Positions 33,201 to 43,488 of a stretch of 64,000 nt of DNA are shown here, in pieces. Below the pieces are notes generated by a model. That model saw only the letters and a list, made by a program, of their open reading frames with translations, ran no database searches and was not told where the DNA came from. This stretch comes from Candidatus Omnitrophota bacterium (lineage in GTDB: Bacteria > Omnitrophota > Gorgyraeia > Zapsychrales > Zapsychraceae), in NCBI GenBank assembly GCA_028280285.1, contig JANQMA010000017.1, positions 64,993 to 128,992 of the forward strand, written 5' to 3'. The first letter of the stretch is position 1. Each line of letters starts with the position of its first letter. The position numbers were made by a program, and so were the translations under genes.

Positions 33201-33980
33201 ATGATACACAAGACTGTCTTAATAACAGGCGCATCAAGCGGTATCGGCGAAGCGTTAGCATGGAAATATGCCGAAGAAGGCTATCGGCTTATTCTTATCG
33301 CCCGGCGAGAGGAGAGGCTTGTGATCTTAAAGCAGGATATTGAAAAAAAATATGGAGGCCATGTTTTCAATATTTCTTGTGATTTAAGTCTGCCGGATAG
33401 CGTGCATAATATTTACAATATTGTTAAGAAAGAAAATATAGCCGTCGATGTGCTTATTAATAATGCCGGTTTTGGCCACTATGGTGCTTTTTGTGAATCT
33501 TCTGTTGAAACAATGACGAAAATGATACAAGTTAATACAATGGCCCTTATGCAGTTAACGCATTATTTTGCGGCCGATATGGTCAAACGGCAAAGCGGGC
33601 ATATTATCAATGTCGGCTCAATTGTCGGTTTTGTGCCGGGGCCGTTTATGGCCATGTATTATGCGACTAAGGCATTTGTCTTGTCATTCTCAGAAGCCTT
33701 AAGTCAGGAACTTGCTTCTAAAAATGTGTGTGTGACTGTCTTTTGTCCGGGGCCTGTCGCATCGGAGTTTAAACAAGTGGCTTACGGGGTTGATCAAAAA
33801 CACGCGATGCATAACACTATACCGTCAAGCGCTAAAGCTGCTGATACGATATTTTATGCCATGCAGAAAAAACAGGTTATTAATCTGTTTACTTTTTCGA
33901 ATCATATTATTTTATTGGTGTTACGCTTTTTACCCCGTGCGGTTATCCGTCGTTTATGGCGGATAGCGCGCAAAAAATAG
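33201..33980 (+). CDS. Short-chain dehydrogenase/reductase
   Basis: LITGASSGIG, NNAGFG, YYATK; ATG 33201 after GGAG. Confidence 0.92.
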   Translation: MIHKTVLITGASSGIGEALAWKYAEEGYRLILIARREERLVILKQDIEKKYGGHVFNISCDLSLPDSVHNIYNIVKKENIAVDVLINNAGFGHYGAFCESSVETMTKMIQVNTMALMQLTHYFAADMVKRQSGHIINVGSIVGFVPGPFMAMYYATKAFVLSFSEALSQELASKNVCVTVFCPGPVASEFKQVAYGVDQKHAMHNTIPSSAKAADTIFYAMQKKQVINLFTFSNHIILLVLRFLPRAVIRRLWRIARKK

Positions 33981-33995
33981 TGATTGGTGACATGA

Positions 33996-34129
33996 GATAA
34001 ATGGTGTCGGATAAATGGTGTCAGATCTCACTAAAGCATTGTCTACCAAATGTTTATGGATAAATGGTTCGGTTCATCTAAATGTAATGTAACTTGTTGG
34101 AGTAAGGTTGCTTGTGAGATCTGACATCA
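33996..34129. repeat. MITE/REP-like element with 16-bp inverted repeats
   Basis: tggtgtcagatctcac (34016-34031) / gtgagatctgacatca (34114-34129); gataaatggtgtc duplicated. Confidence 0.6.
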
Positions 34130-35496
34130 ATTTTTCCACATCTATTAAATGCTTATCGGTTGCGCTTGTCAATGTGGCTAATCACCATAAAGAATACGGA
34201 GTGCATAAAGATTTAAACGGTGGGTTTGGCACCGCTGATGATTTTGATGGATTTCTGGGTAGCTCCTTTATTAGGTTTTTTAAAAAGCATACTGTTTCGC
34301 TGCCAATTATTAGTTTCGCGCATTTGCAGAGCATCTTTAAACAAAAAGATATGCGAGTTAGTTATATTGAAGAAAATTATTGTGATGAAAATAATTTTGA
34401 TATTGTGCTTATTTATGGCAGCATGGTTGATCACCGTCATGAAAATCAAGTGTGCCGCCTATGGAAGAAAAAAATGCCGCAAGCGCGTGTCGGTATTTTT
34501 GGAAACTTTGCGAAAGTGTGTCCTGAATTTTTCGATGCAGCCGATTTTATCATTAGTGGTGAAGCTGAACATTTTTTCGATCAGGAGTTTAAGAGCCTTG
34601 ATCAGCTTAAAGGCTATGTGCAGGTTCGCGGCATAACCAATTATGATTCTTTACCGGTACCGGATTTAAGCGGATTTCCCATTGATAGTTATCAATATTC
34701 GGTTTCACGCACCTCCAAACGTTTTATTCCTTACCAGAGCAGTAAAGGCTGCCCTTACAGCTGCAGTTATTATTGTACGTATGGAAAATTTCAGGGCCCC
34801 AAAATACGCCAGCGCTCGGCGAAGAATGTGGTTAGGGATCTCATTGAACTTAAAGAAAAATATAATATCGAACGCGTACAGTTTCGTGATCCTGTCTTTG
34901 GCCTTCAAAAAGGTTTTATTGAAGATCTTTGTGAAACGGTCAAAGAAAACAACCTTGATATTATTTGGGGGATGGAGACACGCGCGGACTTGTTAAACGA
35001 AGAAAATTTACGTCTTATGCGTGCGGCTGGCTTAAGACGTGTTAACATTGGCATTGAAACGACGAATGCTAATATTGCCAAAACCAATAAAAGGCCTTTG
35101 ATTAAAGAAACTCATCAAGAAAATGTTGTTCGGTGGTGCAAAGAGTTGGGTATTACTGTTGCGGCATTTTATGTGTTTGGTTTGGATGGTGATACACCAG
35201 AGTCGATTGAACAAACAGTTGATTACGCGATTAAGCTTAATACGCCGATTGCGCGGTTTGCCGTGGCGACACCTTATCCGGGAACCGATTTTTATAAGAA
35301 ATTAAAACAGGAAGATCGTCTTCTCATCGATGATTTAGAAAAATACACGCAGTTTAATCTTGTCTTTAAACATACCCACTTATCACCGCAAGATATTAAG
35401 AAGTTTCTAGGCAAGGCTTATCGTCGCTATTATTTGCGGATCAATTATTGGATTATGATGTTGCGCGGTTATGTGCGGCGACTACTTTTTAAATAA
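34108..35496 (+). CDS. B12-binding-domain radical SAM protein (start uncertain)
   Basis: SKGCPYSCSYYC, RQRSAKNV, ETRADL, ATPYPGT. Confidence 0.88.
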   Translation: MLVRSDINFSTSIKCLSVALVNVANHHKEYGVHKDLNGGFGTADDFDGFLGSSFIRFFKKHTVSLPIISFAHLQSIFKQKDMRVSYIEENYCDENNFDIVLIYGSMVDHRHENQVCRLWKKKMPQARVGIFGNFAKVCPEFFDAADFIISGEAEHFFDQEFKSLDQLKGYVQVRGITNYDSLPVPDLSGFPIDSYQYSVSRTSKRFIPYQSSKGCPYSCSYYCTYGKFQGPKIRQRSAKNVVRDLIELKEKYNIERVQFRDPVFGLQKGFIEDLCETVKENNLDIIWGMETRADLLNEENLRLMRAAGLRRVNIGIETTNANIAKTNKRPLIKETHQENVVRWCKELGITVAAFYVFGLDGDTPESIEQTVDYAIKLNTPIARFAVATPYPGTDFYKKLKQEDRLLIDDLEKYTQFNLVFKHTHLSPQDIKKFLGKAYRRYYLRINYWIMMLRGYVRRLLFK

Positions 35497-37224
35497 CCCT
35501 ACGTGGATGCCTAATCCTGAGTCCTCATCATCAAAAGGCTCCATTTTAAATCCATAACGTAAATCATTTTCTTTTCTTAAAGCTATGGCCGGATGAGGGT
35601 GCGGTGTACATGGCAACAGCCCGTCCCAACATTGTTCGGAATTAATAGGGACGTAGAGAAGCGTGCCGTCATTGGTTTTAAATTCTCTATATTCGACCGT
35701 TGGTGTAGGATCAAATGTTTGTCTGATTGACCAGTCTTTATTATTTATGACGACATTAAGCATTAAAGCGAACGATACACTTATAAAAATGATCGATTTT
35801 TGTTTGTCATTGAGATGTTTGTTTTCGTCAACGGACAACACAAGTGTTGTTAGCGCCAGGATCCAAAAGAGTGCGCCGGCGTAGCGCGGTTCGGGGATAG
35901 TGACAAGCCAAAGGACAAGCGTGATCAGTGCAATGATGATGATAAGCCAAACCTTGCGTTTGGTAAAATCATAGGCGCGTCCAAAGAAATGGCAGCAAGC
36001 GAAGATAAACGCGGAAACGCAAAAAATAAATAGCGGCATTTGAAAATAAAAAGGATACATCGACAAATTGCGTTTAAGCCAACCGCCGACCCAGTCCCAC
36101 TTGCCTAGCACCTCTTGCCACGGCACATTAGGCATTAATATCCAGCTTTCAAGCCAGTTATTAAGGTTCATTGCACTGGCGGCGGGCACGCGCCAGTCGA
36201 CGTCAAATCCGAACCATGGTTTCGGAAAAAACGGATAGCCTGAAAGAATAATGTTGCGGATCATCCACGGCACGGCACTTAAGATGAATAAAATAATCAT
36301 ATAACGGTATATGTTTTTGTTTCTTTTGATCAAAAGAACAACACCGAGCGACACAAAACCAAAAAGCATAAAGCCTGACTTAACCAGGCATCCGATCATG
36401 ATAAGAAATATAATGGTATAGATTTGTGTGTTATCGGCGGTGTTGTTTTCCAAAAGCATTAACAGCTTCAATGTGATTAAAATGCCGATAAGAAAAACGG
36501 CAAAATCCGGTGTCGGATTAGAAATCGGAATGTTGGCATTTAAAAACAAATAAAAGACAACAGGAATAAAAAGCAAGGCGACACGGTGATGAATGTAATA
36601 AGGTTTATTTTTGTTTGTAAAAAAGTGATTTATCAGTTGGGCTAAGGTGATGAAGATAAAAAGCCCGTTAATGATATGATGTGATTTATTAAGCAGTGGT
36701 CCGAACTCAAGCATGGCCGGATAAAGAAAAAAAGTTCCGGCATTAAAGGCGAGCCGGCTGTTAATAAGTGCAAGGCCTGGCACAATCGGATATTCGGCGC
36801 TGAAGCGAACGGTATTTAAATGATAAAGCCCGCTGTCATAGGACTCGGGAGGCCCTAATGACCCATTAGCGACCCAAATTCCGGTTAATATAAGAAAAGC
36901 AGATAACACCGGCTGGTTTTGCACAAAGGCCATTAGATTCTTGAACAGTACGGCACGGAATATCAAGATATTGACTATCGCGACCATAGAAAGAACGATC
37001 AAGGGTATACCCGAGGCTTTGAAGAAAAAATGCCAAGTTTGAAGAAAAATAAGGCTCGCCCCAAACCCTATCCAAAAGCAGTCCAAAACCGACTGCCGGG
37101 CAGCCTCATGATTTCCTTGCATGAATAGTGAGCGGACACCAAGCCCCACGCCGACAAAGCATAACCCAAGCCAGATCCAGGCCGCCAGGATAATACCTGT
37201 TGTTTCTATATAGATATTAAGCAT
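35482..37224 (-). CDS. Polytopic membrane protein, probable GT-C-type glycosyltransferase
   Basis: About 13 TM segments; YDSGLYH, PGLALINSRLAFN, RNIILSGYPFFP. Confidence 0.6.
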   Translation of the reverse strand: MLNIYIETTGIILAAWIWLGLCFVGVGLGVRSLFMQGNHEAARQSVLDCFWIGFGASLIFLQTWHFFFKASGIPLIVLSMVAIVNILIFRAVLFKNLMAFVQNQPVLSAFLILTGIWVANGSLGPPESYDSGLYHLNTVRFSAEYPIVPGLALINSRLAFNAGTFFLYPAMLEFGPLLNKSHHIINGLFIFITLAQLINHFFTNKNKPYYIHHRVALLFIPVVFYLFLNANIPISNPTPDFAVFLIGILITLKLLMLLENNTADNTQIYTIIFLIMIGCLVKSGFMLFGFVSLGVVLLIKRNKNIYRYMIILFILSAVPWMIRNIILSGYPFFPKPWFGFDVDWRVPAASAMNLNNWLESWILMPNVPWQEVLGKWDWVGGWLKRNLSMYPFYFQMPLFIFCVSAFIFACCHFFGRAYDFTKRKVWLIIIIALITLVLWLVTIPEPRYAGALFWILALTTLVLSVDENKHLNDKQKSIIFISVSFALMLNVVINNKDWSIRQTFDPTPTVEYREFKTNDGTLLYVPINSEQCWDGLLPCTPHPHPAIALRKENDLRYGFKMEPFDDEDSGLGIHVGLFKK

Positions 37225-37286
37225 GGCTGCATTATAAACGAATAAATAGTGCCAGGCACGAATTAAATAATGTATAATCAGACTCC

Positions 37287-38618
37287 ATGAAACAATTTAC
37301 CCCGTCTAAACTTTTTTTTATTCTTACAAGTAGCATCTTAATTCTCGGGACAGCTTTCGGTTATGGGCTTTACCATGCGCATAAGGACACGCGGGTGTTT
37401 AGAGGTATTAGATATGTGATGAAGTCAGTGAAAGGTGTCTTTGCCGAAGCGCCTACGTTAACGGGGGGCCGTCCGCACCATTTTCTTCAGCCTTCACGTC
37501 ACGCGGGAAGTAATGTCACGATTAATAAAGAAGAAGCCGAAAAGACAGATCAAATACTGCTCGCGGGATTTTTTGACAATTCTAATGAAATACGCCTCAT
37601 TAAACGCGACGGCACTGTTGTTAACCGTTGGCCGGTTACTTTTTCCCGAATTTTTCCAGATACTCGTCATATGGGTCTCAAAGCGCCACAAACGGATTGG
37701 AATATTGATATTCATGGTGTCTACGCCTTACGTGACGGATCAGTGGTGTTTAACTTTGAATACGGCGGACTTGTTAAACTTGATCGCTGCAACAATGTTG
37801 TCTGGGCCTTACCTGTGCTGTCGCATCATTCTGTCGAGCCGAGTCAAGACGGGGGATTATGGGTGCCGGGGCAAAGACGCTACACAGGAGATGAACAATC
37901 TATGTTTCCGCCGTTTACAACACCACTCAGTGAAGATACGATTATGAAAATTGCCGCAAATGGGGCAATAAAAAAAGAAATTTCTGTTCCGGAACTATTC
38001 TATAAAAATAACCTGGTATATCTACTTACGTCGACGGGAGAAAGTTTTTACAATAATCTGCAATGGGATGAAGAAATTGTGCATCTCAATAAAATAGAAG
38101 AATTGCCGCGCAACCTGGCGCAGGATTTTTCTTTATTTGATTCCGGAGATCTGCTTTTGTCCCTGCGCAATTACAACATGCTGTTGGTGGTTGACCCGGA
38201 AACGGAAACAATAAAATGGTGGACAGTCGGGCCTTGGGTCCGTCAGCATGATCCTTCCTTTAAAGCCGGAGGGACTATTGTCGTTTTTAATAATAATATT
38301 TACAGAGAAGAAACAACGACGAATTTAGTCAGTAACATTATAGAAATCGATCCCCGGACGAATGATTATAAAGTTATTTACGGCGGTAAAAAGGGCCAAG
38401 AGATGTTGACACGGCTCAGAGGAAAACAAGAGGTAACAATAAAAGGAGGTTTGCTCATCACGGAGTTTGAGGCCGGCCGTGCCTTTGAAACAAATGCCCG
38501 AGGCGATGTTATTTGGGAATTTATTAATCGTTATGATAAAAACAACATTGCAGAAATCACCGAAGCACGCATATATGCTGAAAATTATTTTAACGTCGAG
38601 GACTGGTCATGTATGTAA
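37287..38618 (+). CDS. Arylsulfotransferase (ASST)-like beta-propeller
   Basis: SHHSV, HLNKIE, LLLSLRN, RQHDP and FNNN motifs. Confidence 0.8.
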   Translation: MKQFTPSKLFFILTSSILILGTAFGYGLYHAHKDTRVFRGIRYVMKSVKGVFAEAPTLTGGRPHHFLQPSRHAGSNVTINKEEAEKTDQILLAGFFDNSNEIRLIKRDGTVVNRWPVTFSRIFPDTRHMGLKAPQTDWNIDIHGVYALRDGSVVFNFEYGGLVKLDRCNNVVWALPVLSHHSVEPSQDGGLWVPGQRRYTGDEQSMFPPFTTPLSEDTIMKIAANGAIKKEISVPELFYKNNLVYLLTSTGESFYNNLQWDEEIVHLNKIEELPRNLAQDFSLFDSGDLLLSLRNYNMLLVVDPETETIKWWTVGPWVRQHDPSFKAGGTIVVFNNNIYREETTTNLVSNIIEIDPRTNDYKVIYGGKKGQEMLTRLRGKQEVTIKGGLLITEFEAGRAFETNARGDVIWEFINRYDKNNIAEITEARIYAENYFNVEDWSCM

Positions 38619-38836
38619 ATATATTATCACTTTCATTTTTTTTAACGTTTATAGTAACAAGTAATGCCTGGGCCTATATTGGGCCGGGAGTTGGATTAAG
38701 TGCGATCGGTGTTGTGATTGCTTTATTAGCAGCGGGTATTCTTTTTATTCTTGGCTTTGTGTGGTATCCGGTTAAACGATTGCTGCTTAAAATGAAAAAA
38801 AATAATGCAAAGAATAAAAAAGACAATGAACTATGA
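38609..38836 (+). CDS. Small membrane protein with AYIGPG motif
   Basis: AWAYIGPGVG + TM + basic tail; overlaps both neighbours. Confidence 0.7.
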   Translation: MYVNILSLSFFLTFIVTSNAWAYIGPGVGLSAIGVVIALLAAGILFILGFVWYPVKRLLLKMKKNNAKNKKDNEL

Positions 38837-40284
38837 TAATAATCACTGCTCTTTTCAGTATCTTCGTTTTTCTTTTTTCATGTCATGTCCTTAGAATCCT
38901 ACCGGTAGGAAACAGTGTTTTCAATGTTATAAATGCTTCTTTAGAAGTAGTGTTTGATAAAAATATAGACGATGATGTCAAAGAAAAAGAATTACAGAAA
39001 CAGTCCCTTAGATTATTCGGTATTTTTGGTTCACTTGTTGTGCGTATCGGGCTTGCATTATTATTTTCTTTTGCGCCTGTTTGGGGTATGAGCCAGTTAG
39101 GGTATGTTGTTATTGATGATGTTGTTTCGTTTTTGTTTCGTTGGGATGTGATTGTTACCGGGTCTGTTATTGTAATAGCCGGACTTTATCTTTTAAGAAA
39201 ATCATACACGTCTGTAAACTCAGCGCAGATTAATTATTCTCCTGTAGACCGCATGCTTCATTGCATTGCCTTTTCGGACGCGAAGTTACAATTAACGGCC
39301 GTTGATATCGAGCATAAATTGTTTAGAAAGTATTATCAAAATATAAGTTTAAATCCACCTATTTTTATCACATCTTTGCCGCGTGCCGGCACAACCCTTA
39401 TGCTTGAGATGCTGCATTGTTTTGAGGGTTTAGCGACGAATACTTATCGTGACATGCCGTTTTTACTGTCGCCTGTTTTATGGGACCGTTTGAGCGGCCC
39501 TTTTAGAATAAGTACGGCTCAGGCTGAGCGTGCGCATGGTGATGGCATGCGTATTGGACATGATAGTCCCGAGGCTTTTGACGAGGTTATTTGGCGTAAA
39601 TTTTGGTCCGAGAAATACGGCGAAAGAAATATTGGATTGTGGAGTCCGCAAGACACAAAAAAAGATGCTGTTAGTTTTTTTAATGATTATATGAAAAAAA
39701 TCAGTTTTTTGCGTCGGCCAGGGGGCGTTTCAGGTGTTAGATATATTTCCAAAAATAATGCAAACATAGCAAGAATTGACTTGATTAAAGACATGTTTCC
39801 GGAATCAGAAATATTGGTTATGATCCGCAATCCCTTTGAGCAGGCGCGCTCTTTATTGAGGCAGCACAAAAATTTTACCAAAATTCATGCGGAAGAGCCC
39901 TTTGTTTGCCGCTATATGGCGCATATCGGCCATTATGAGTTTGGACAATTACACCGGCCGATCGCCTTTCCGGGAATCGAAAAGCTGCTTGGCGGCCGGG
40001 ATCGAGAATCGCTTGATTACTGGCTGGCTTATTGGATTGCTGCTTTTGCCTATGTTTTGGAAAGAAAAGACAAGGTTCGCTTAGTGGATTATGAAGCCAT
40101 GTGTTTGGATGGCACGGGGGTACTAACAGACCTTTGTTCCCGGTTGGCTATTTTTGATAAGCAGGCTATCAGTCAAGCGGCAGGTATGATTAAGGTGTCT
40201 TCACCGATTAAGGCCGATGAATCGGGCTTTTGCCCTGATTTGTCTGCCCGCGCCAAAGAAATCCATGCGTCTTTAATGGGGTAG
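38833..40284 (+). CDS. Membrane-anchored PAPS-dependent sulfotransferase
   Basis: IFITSLPRAGTT 5'-PSB motif, ERAHGDG, ISKNN, IRNP. Confidence 0.85.
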   Translation: MIIITALFSIFVFLFSCHVLRILPVGNSVFNVINASLEVVFDKNIDDDVKEKELQKQSLRLFGIFGSLVVRIGLALLFSFAPVWGMSQLGYVVIDDVVSFLFRWDVIVTGSVIVIAGLYLLRKSYTSVNSAQINYSPVDRMLHCIAFSDAKLQLTAVDIEHKLFRKYYQNISLNPPIFITSLPRAGTTLMLEMLHCFEGLATNTYRDMPFLLSPVLWDRLSGPFRISTAQAERAHGDGMRIGHDSPEAFDEVIWRKFWSEKYGERNIGLWSPQDTKKDAVSFFNDYMKKISFLRRPGGVSGVRYISKNNANIARIDLIKDMFPESEILVMIRNPFEQARSLLRQHKNFTKIHAEEPFVCRYMAHIGHYEFGQLHRPIAFPGIEKLLGGRDRESLDYWLAYWIAAFAYVLERKDKVRLVDYEAMCLDGTGVLTDLCSRLAIFDKQAISQAAGMIKVSSPIKADESGFCPDLSARAKEIHASLMG

Positions 40285-40785
40285 TATTTAATTTAAAAAA
40301 TGTTCAATTATTAAAAAAATATTAATATAAATATTAAAAACATTTATTTTTTCTAAAACAACCATGGATCGGTAAAACCGGCACTATGTTGGCAAAAATA
40401 GTTTAATCTAAGCATTTATTAATCCTCGTCGATATAATTAAAAAATACTCAAATTTTACTCAAGTTGTGTTGAGTGAGGGCTGACTGGAAAGCGTTATTT
40501 TGATTATTTTTGTCATTAATTACTAAAATTTGACTAAGTGGCCTTAATTTTTGCTGTTTTTCCGGTTTGGTCAAAATTCTTATAATACACTATGTTGGAG
40601 TAATTTAGAGGGAATTAAGCAATTTTAGAAAAATATAAATTTTTTATAAACCATTGAAAATAAATGCTTTTAGCGCTTAATGAAATAAAAATCAGCATTT
40701 GTCGACGAGAAAGGGGTATTTTAGAAATGCTTTAAAACGGCCTAAATTATGTGACTTTCAGGTAAAAAAAATTTTTACAAAAATG

Positions 40786-40814
40786 TTGACAGGGGTAACC
40801 CTCTGTGTGAGAAT
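40786..40814 (+). promoter_or_regulatory. Sigma-70 promoter of the outer-membrane protein gene
   Basis: TTGACA-17-GAGAAT with TG extension. Confidence 0.55.
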
Positions 40815-41065
40815 ACACCACAATCAAGGGGAAACCCTATTTTAACCCGGTGATGATTTTAATAGGACACTGAAAGGAGGTGAACTAACTTTATAGGTCA
40901 GAGATCATCGATAATCCGGATCCCTTATAGTTGAAACCATCTGACGGTGTGAAGAAGCGCCGGGCAGTTACAGTAATATAAAAGTAGCACATAAATTCAA
41001 TTAGAAATTCCTTAAATCTGCGGTGCAAATGTTGTAAAAGCAGATTTAATTGGGAGGAGATAAAA

Positions 41066-42424
41066 ATGAGAAAATTATTTTTCGCGGCTTTAGCAGTAGT
41101 GTTTATGGCAGGTACTGCATCAGCAGCCGTTCAAAACGTTAAGGTAAGCGGGTCGGTTGATTCGACTTATGTTAACAGAAAAAACTTTGATTTAGGTGAG
41201 GATGGTGGTTCTGATCACCGTAAACAAAGTTCTTTTATTACGCAAACGTCATTGAGAGTTGATGCAGATCTAACAGACAATGTGTCTGCAACAATTGCTC
41301 TTTTAAATGAAAGAGCTTGGGAATCATCTCCAGGTTCTACAGCAACAGACATTGAGCTTCAATTGGCTTTTGCTGTATTGCGTGAATTCCTTTATTCACC
41401 ATTAACATTGACAGTGGGTCGTCAGGAATTCATTTTTGGTAATGGATTCATTATGGACTCAGCTGCTGGTAGTGGTGATTCAGCGATTTCTAGTGTTGCT
41501 AGTGACCTTTCTAAGAGATTTGCTCTTGATGCGGTTCGTGCAACATTAGATTACAACCCACTAACACTTGATCTTGTATACTTCCGTGATACAGACGGTG
41601 CTAGTGCTGGTTTCTTTACCGGTAGTTCAACAAGCATCGATGTCTATGGTATTAATGCCAACTATGCGTTGGGTGATACTATGAACTCAATCATCGAAGC
41701 ATACTACTGGAAAAAATGGGACAGAACTGACTCAAACAGCGCGACTGACCAAGAAGATAAGCTTCATGTATATGGTCTTCGCGGAAGCACTAACCCGATT
41801 GAAGGGTTAAGCGTTTCAGCTGAGTGGGCCCATCAAAGTGGTGAATCAGATGATGGTTCTGACCAAGCAAACAAAAATGCTAACGCAGTACAGTTAATTG
41901 CAAACTATCAAGTACCTGTGTTAACTGAATACAATCCTGTGCTTACGTATAGCTTCACTAAGTACTCAGGTGATGTAACAACAGCATCTGATGACCACAG
42001 AGATTCCGGTTGGGATTCATTCTACAATGACCAACTAGAAGGTATTGTGTATACATTATTCTCTAAAACAAACCTACTTGTTCATGATGTTTATCTTGAA
42101 ACAACGCCAATGGAAGATGTAACAGCTGGTTTTAGATGGCAAGGTTTGTGGCTAGATAAGTCATGGGAAGATGGCTCATCAGCGTCTTTTACAATCGGAT
42201 CTAACCATGGTGCTGGTACAGATACATTCACATCAGCTGCTGGTGAAATCGATGAAAAAGAAAGTTACTTAGGTAGTGAGTTTGATTTCGATCTAACGTA
42301 TGACTATACGGAAGACGTTCAAATCGGAACTACTTTAGGTTACTTCTTCCCGGGTGATTTCTTTACAGAAGGAAATGACCTAACAGCAAAACAATGGTTG
42401 GTTAACTTAAACGTTGCATTCTAA
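41066..42424 (+). CDS. Outer-membrane beta-barrel (alginate-export/porin-like)
   Basis: Signal peptide (ASA), LTVGRQE, alternating beta strands, C-terminal Phe. Confidence 0.8.
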   Translation: MRKLFFAALAVVFMAGTASAAVQNVKVSGSVDSTYVNRKNFDLGEDGGSDHRKQSSFITQTSLRVDADLTDNVSATIALLNERAWESSPGSTATDIELQLAFAVLREFLYSPLTLTVGRQEFIFGNGFIMDSAAGSGDSAISSVASDLSKRFALDAVRATLDYNPLTLDLVYFRDTDGASAGFFTGSSTSIDVYGINANYALGDTMNSIIEAYYWKKWDRTDSNSATDQEDKLHVYGLRGSTNPIEGLSVSAEWAHQSGESDDGSDQANKNANAVQLIANYQVPVLTEYNPVLTYSFTKYSGDVTTASDDHRDSGWDSFYNDQLEGIVYTLFSKTNLLVHDVYLETTPMEDVTAGFRWQGLWLDKSWEDGSSASFTIGSNHGAGTDTFTSAAGEIDEKESYLGSEFDFDLTYDYTEDVQIGTTLGYFFPGDFFTEGNDLTAKQWLVNLNVAF

Positions 42425-42446
42425 TTAGTTAATTAACTTAATATAT

Positions 42447-42489
42447 GCCGCCCTCGTCGAAGGAAACTTCAACGAGGGCGGTTTTTTTT
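42447..42489 (+). terminator. Rho-independent terminator
   Basis: gccgccctcgtcgaag-gaaa-cttcaacgagggcgg + T8. Confidence 0.88.
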
Positions 42490-42496
42490 AATAAGT

Positions 42497-42617
42497 TAGG
42501 GTGTAGGGAATAGGGCATAGGGGTCAGTGAGGGAGTAGGGTTTAGAAAGCCTTAACTGATGCCTAATCCCTAAGCTCTATTCCCTACTAATGCCTATGCC
42601 CTACACCCTATTCCCTA
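42497..42617 (+). repeat. Heptamer-arm hairpin (TAGGGNN / NNCCCTA)
   Basis: tagggtg tagggaa tagggca taggggt ... tgcccta cacccta ttcccta. Confidence 0.82.
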
Positions 42618-42834
42618 TATTTCTACTTTTGTTTTAATTAGGGGAATCTACATAACTTACAAACCACTTTTCCACGTTGTCGACGAGAAAATTTTAAATT
42701 TTGCTTAAAAATATTTTAAATATTTATTTGCATTAATATTTTATTTGTTATTATTAATATTATCTTCCAAGACCTTCTAACCCGTTGGTTTAGCAGAAGT
42801 TATATAAGTAATACATAAGCAGAAGTGAAGTACG

Positions 42835-43413
42835 ATGACCAGAGATGAAATTTATGACCATCTTGCGCAAGTGTATTTAGGTAAACGCAAGAAAGGTGAA
42901 GATAAAAAGACAGAAAACAGATTTAACGCATGGCTTTTGATTAATATATTAATCACTGTCATCATTTTCGCCAGTGCATTTTATGGATTAACGGCGTTTT
43001 TTACGCATAATAATTCGCTCTTAAAAGATAATGTGATTTATTCGCTTCACCGGGGTGTGGTAACCATGGATTACCGGTTTGACGAAGGATATCCACCGGT
43101 TAAGTCATTTGCGCTGTCGATCCCCGGGATTGATACCTCCAGTTACAGTAATCTGGAGTTTTCGATTCGGGCTCGGGAAGAAGGAACGCCAGGTATTGTT
43201 AAGGTTGTGATCAAGAACATCCGCAACGAAGAATCGGCCTTTTATGTGCAGGGAGTGGATTACAAATGGCAAGAAATTGTGATTCCATTTACCGAATTTC
43301 AGAAAATCACCGATTGGTCACAAGTAACAGATGTGTCTTTTGTCCTTGAAGCATGGAATGTCGATAAACGCAAAGGACTTATATTAATCGACAATATTGG
43401 GTTTTCAAGCTGA
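42835..43413 (+). CDS. Membrane-anchored carbohydrate-binding-like (CIA30/CBM11-type) protein
   Basis: One TM; LEFSIR...WQEIVIPFTEF...DWSQV...ILIDNIGF. Confidence 0.6.
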   Translation: MTRDEIYDHLAQVYLGKRKKGEDKKTENRFNAWLLINILITVIIFASAFYGLTAFFTHNNSLLKDNVIYSLHRGVVTMDYRFDEGYPPVKSFALSIPGIDTSSYSNLEFSIRAREEGTPGIVKVVIKNIRNEESAFYVQGVDYKWQEIVIPFTEFQKITDWSQVTDVSFVLEAWNVDKRKGLILIDNIGFSS

Positions 43414-43488
43414 GCAGACTGTACTCAGAAGGGCTTGGAGAGGTTTTAACATTTTTAAAATTTTATTTGTCATAAATAAGGAGAGAAA

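Noticed and set aside
33019-40284. Prophage or ICE integrated at tRNA-Arg
   Set aside because: No integrase, no phage genes and no duplicated tRNA 3' end found by eye.
40285-40780. Replication origin in the AT-rich gap near parA
   Set aside because: No cluster of TTATCCACA-like DnaA boxes seen and no dnaA/dnaN nearby.
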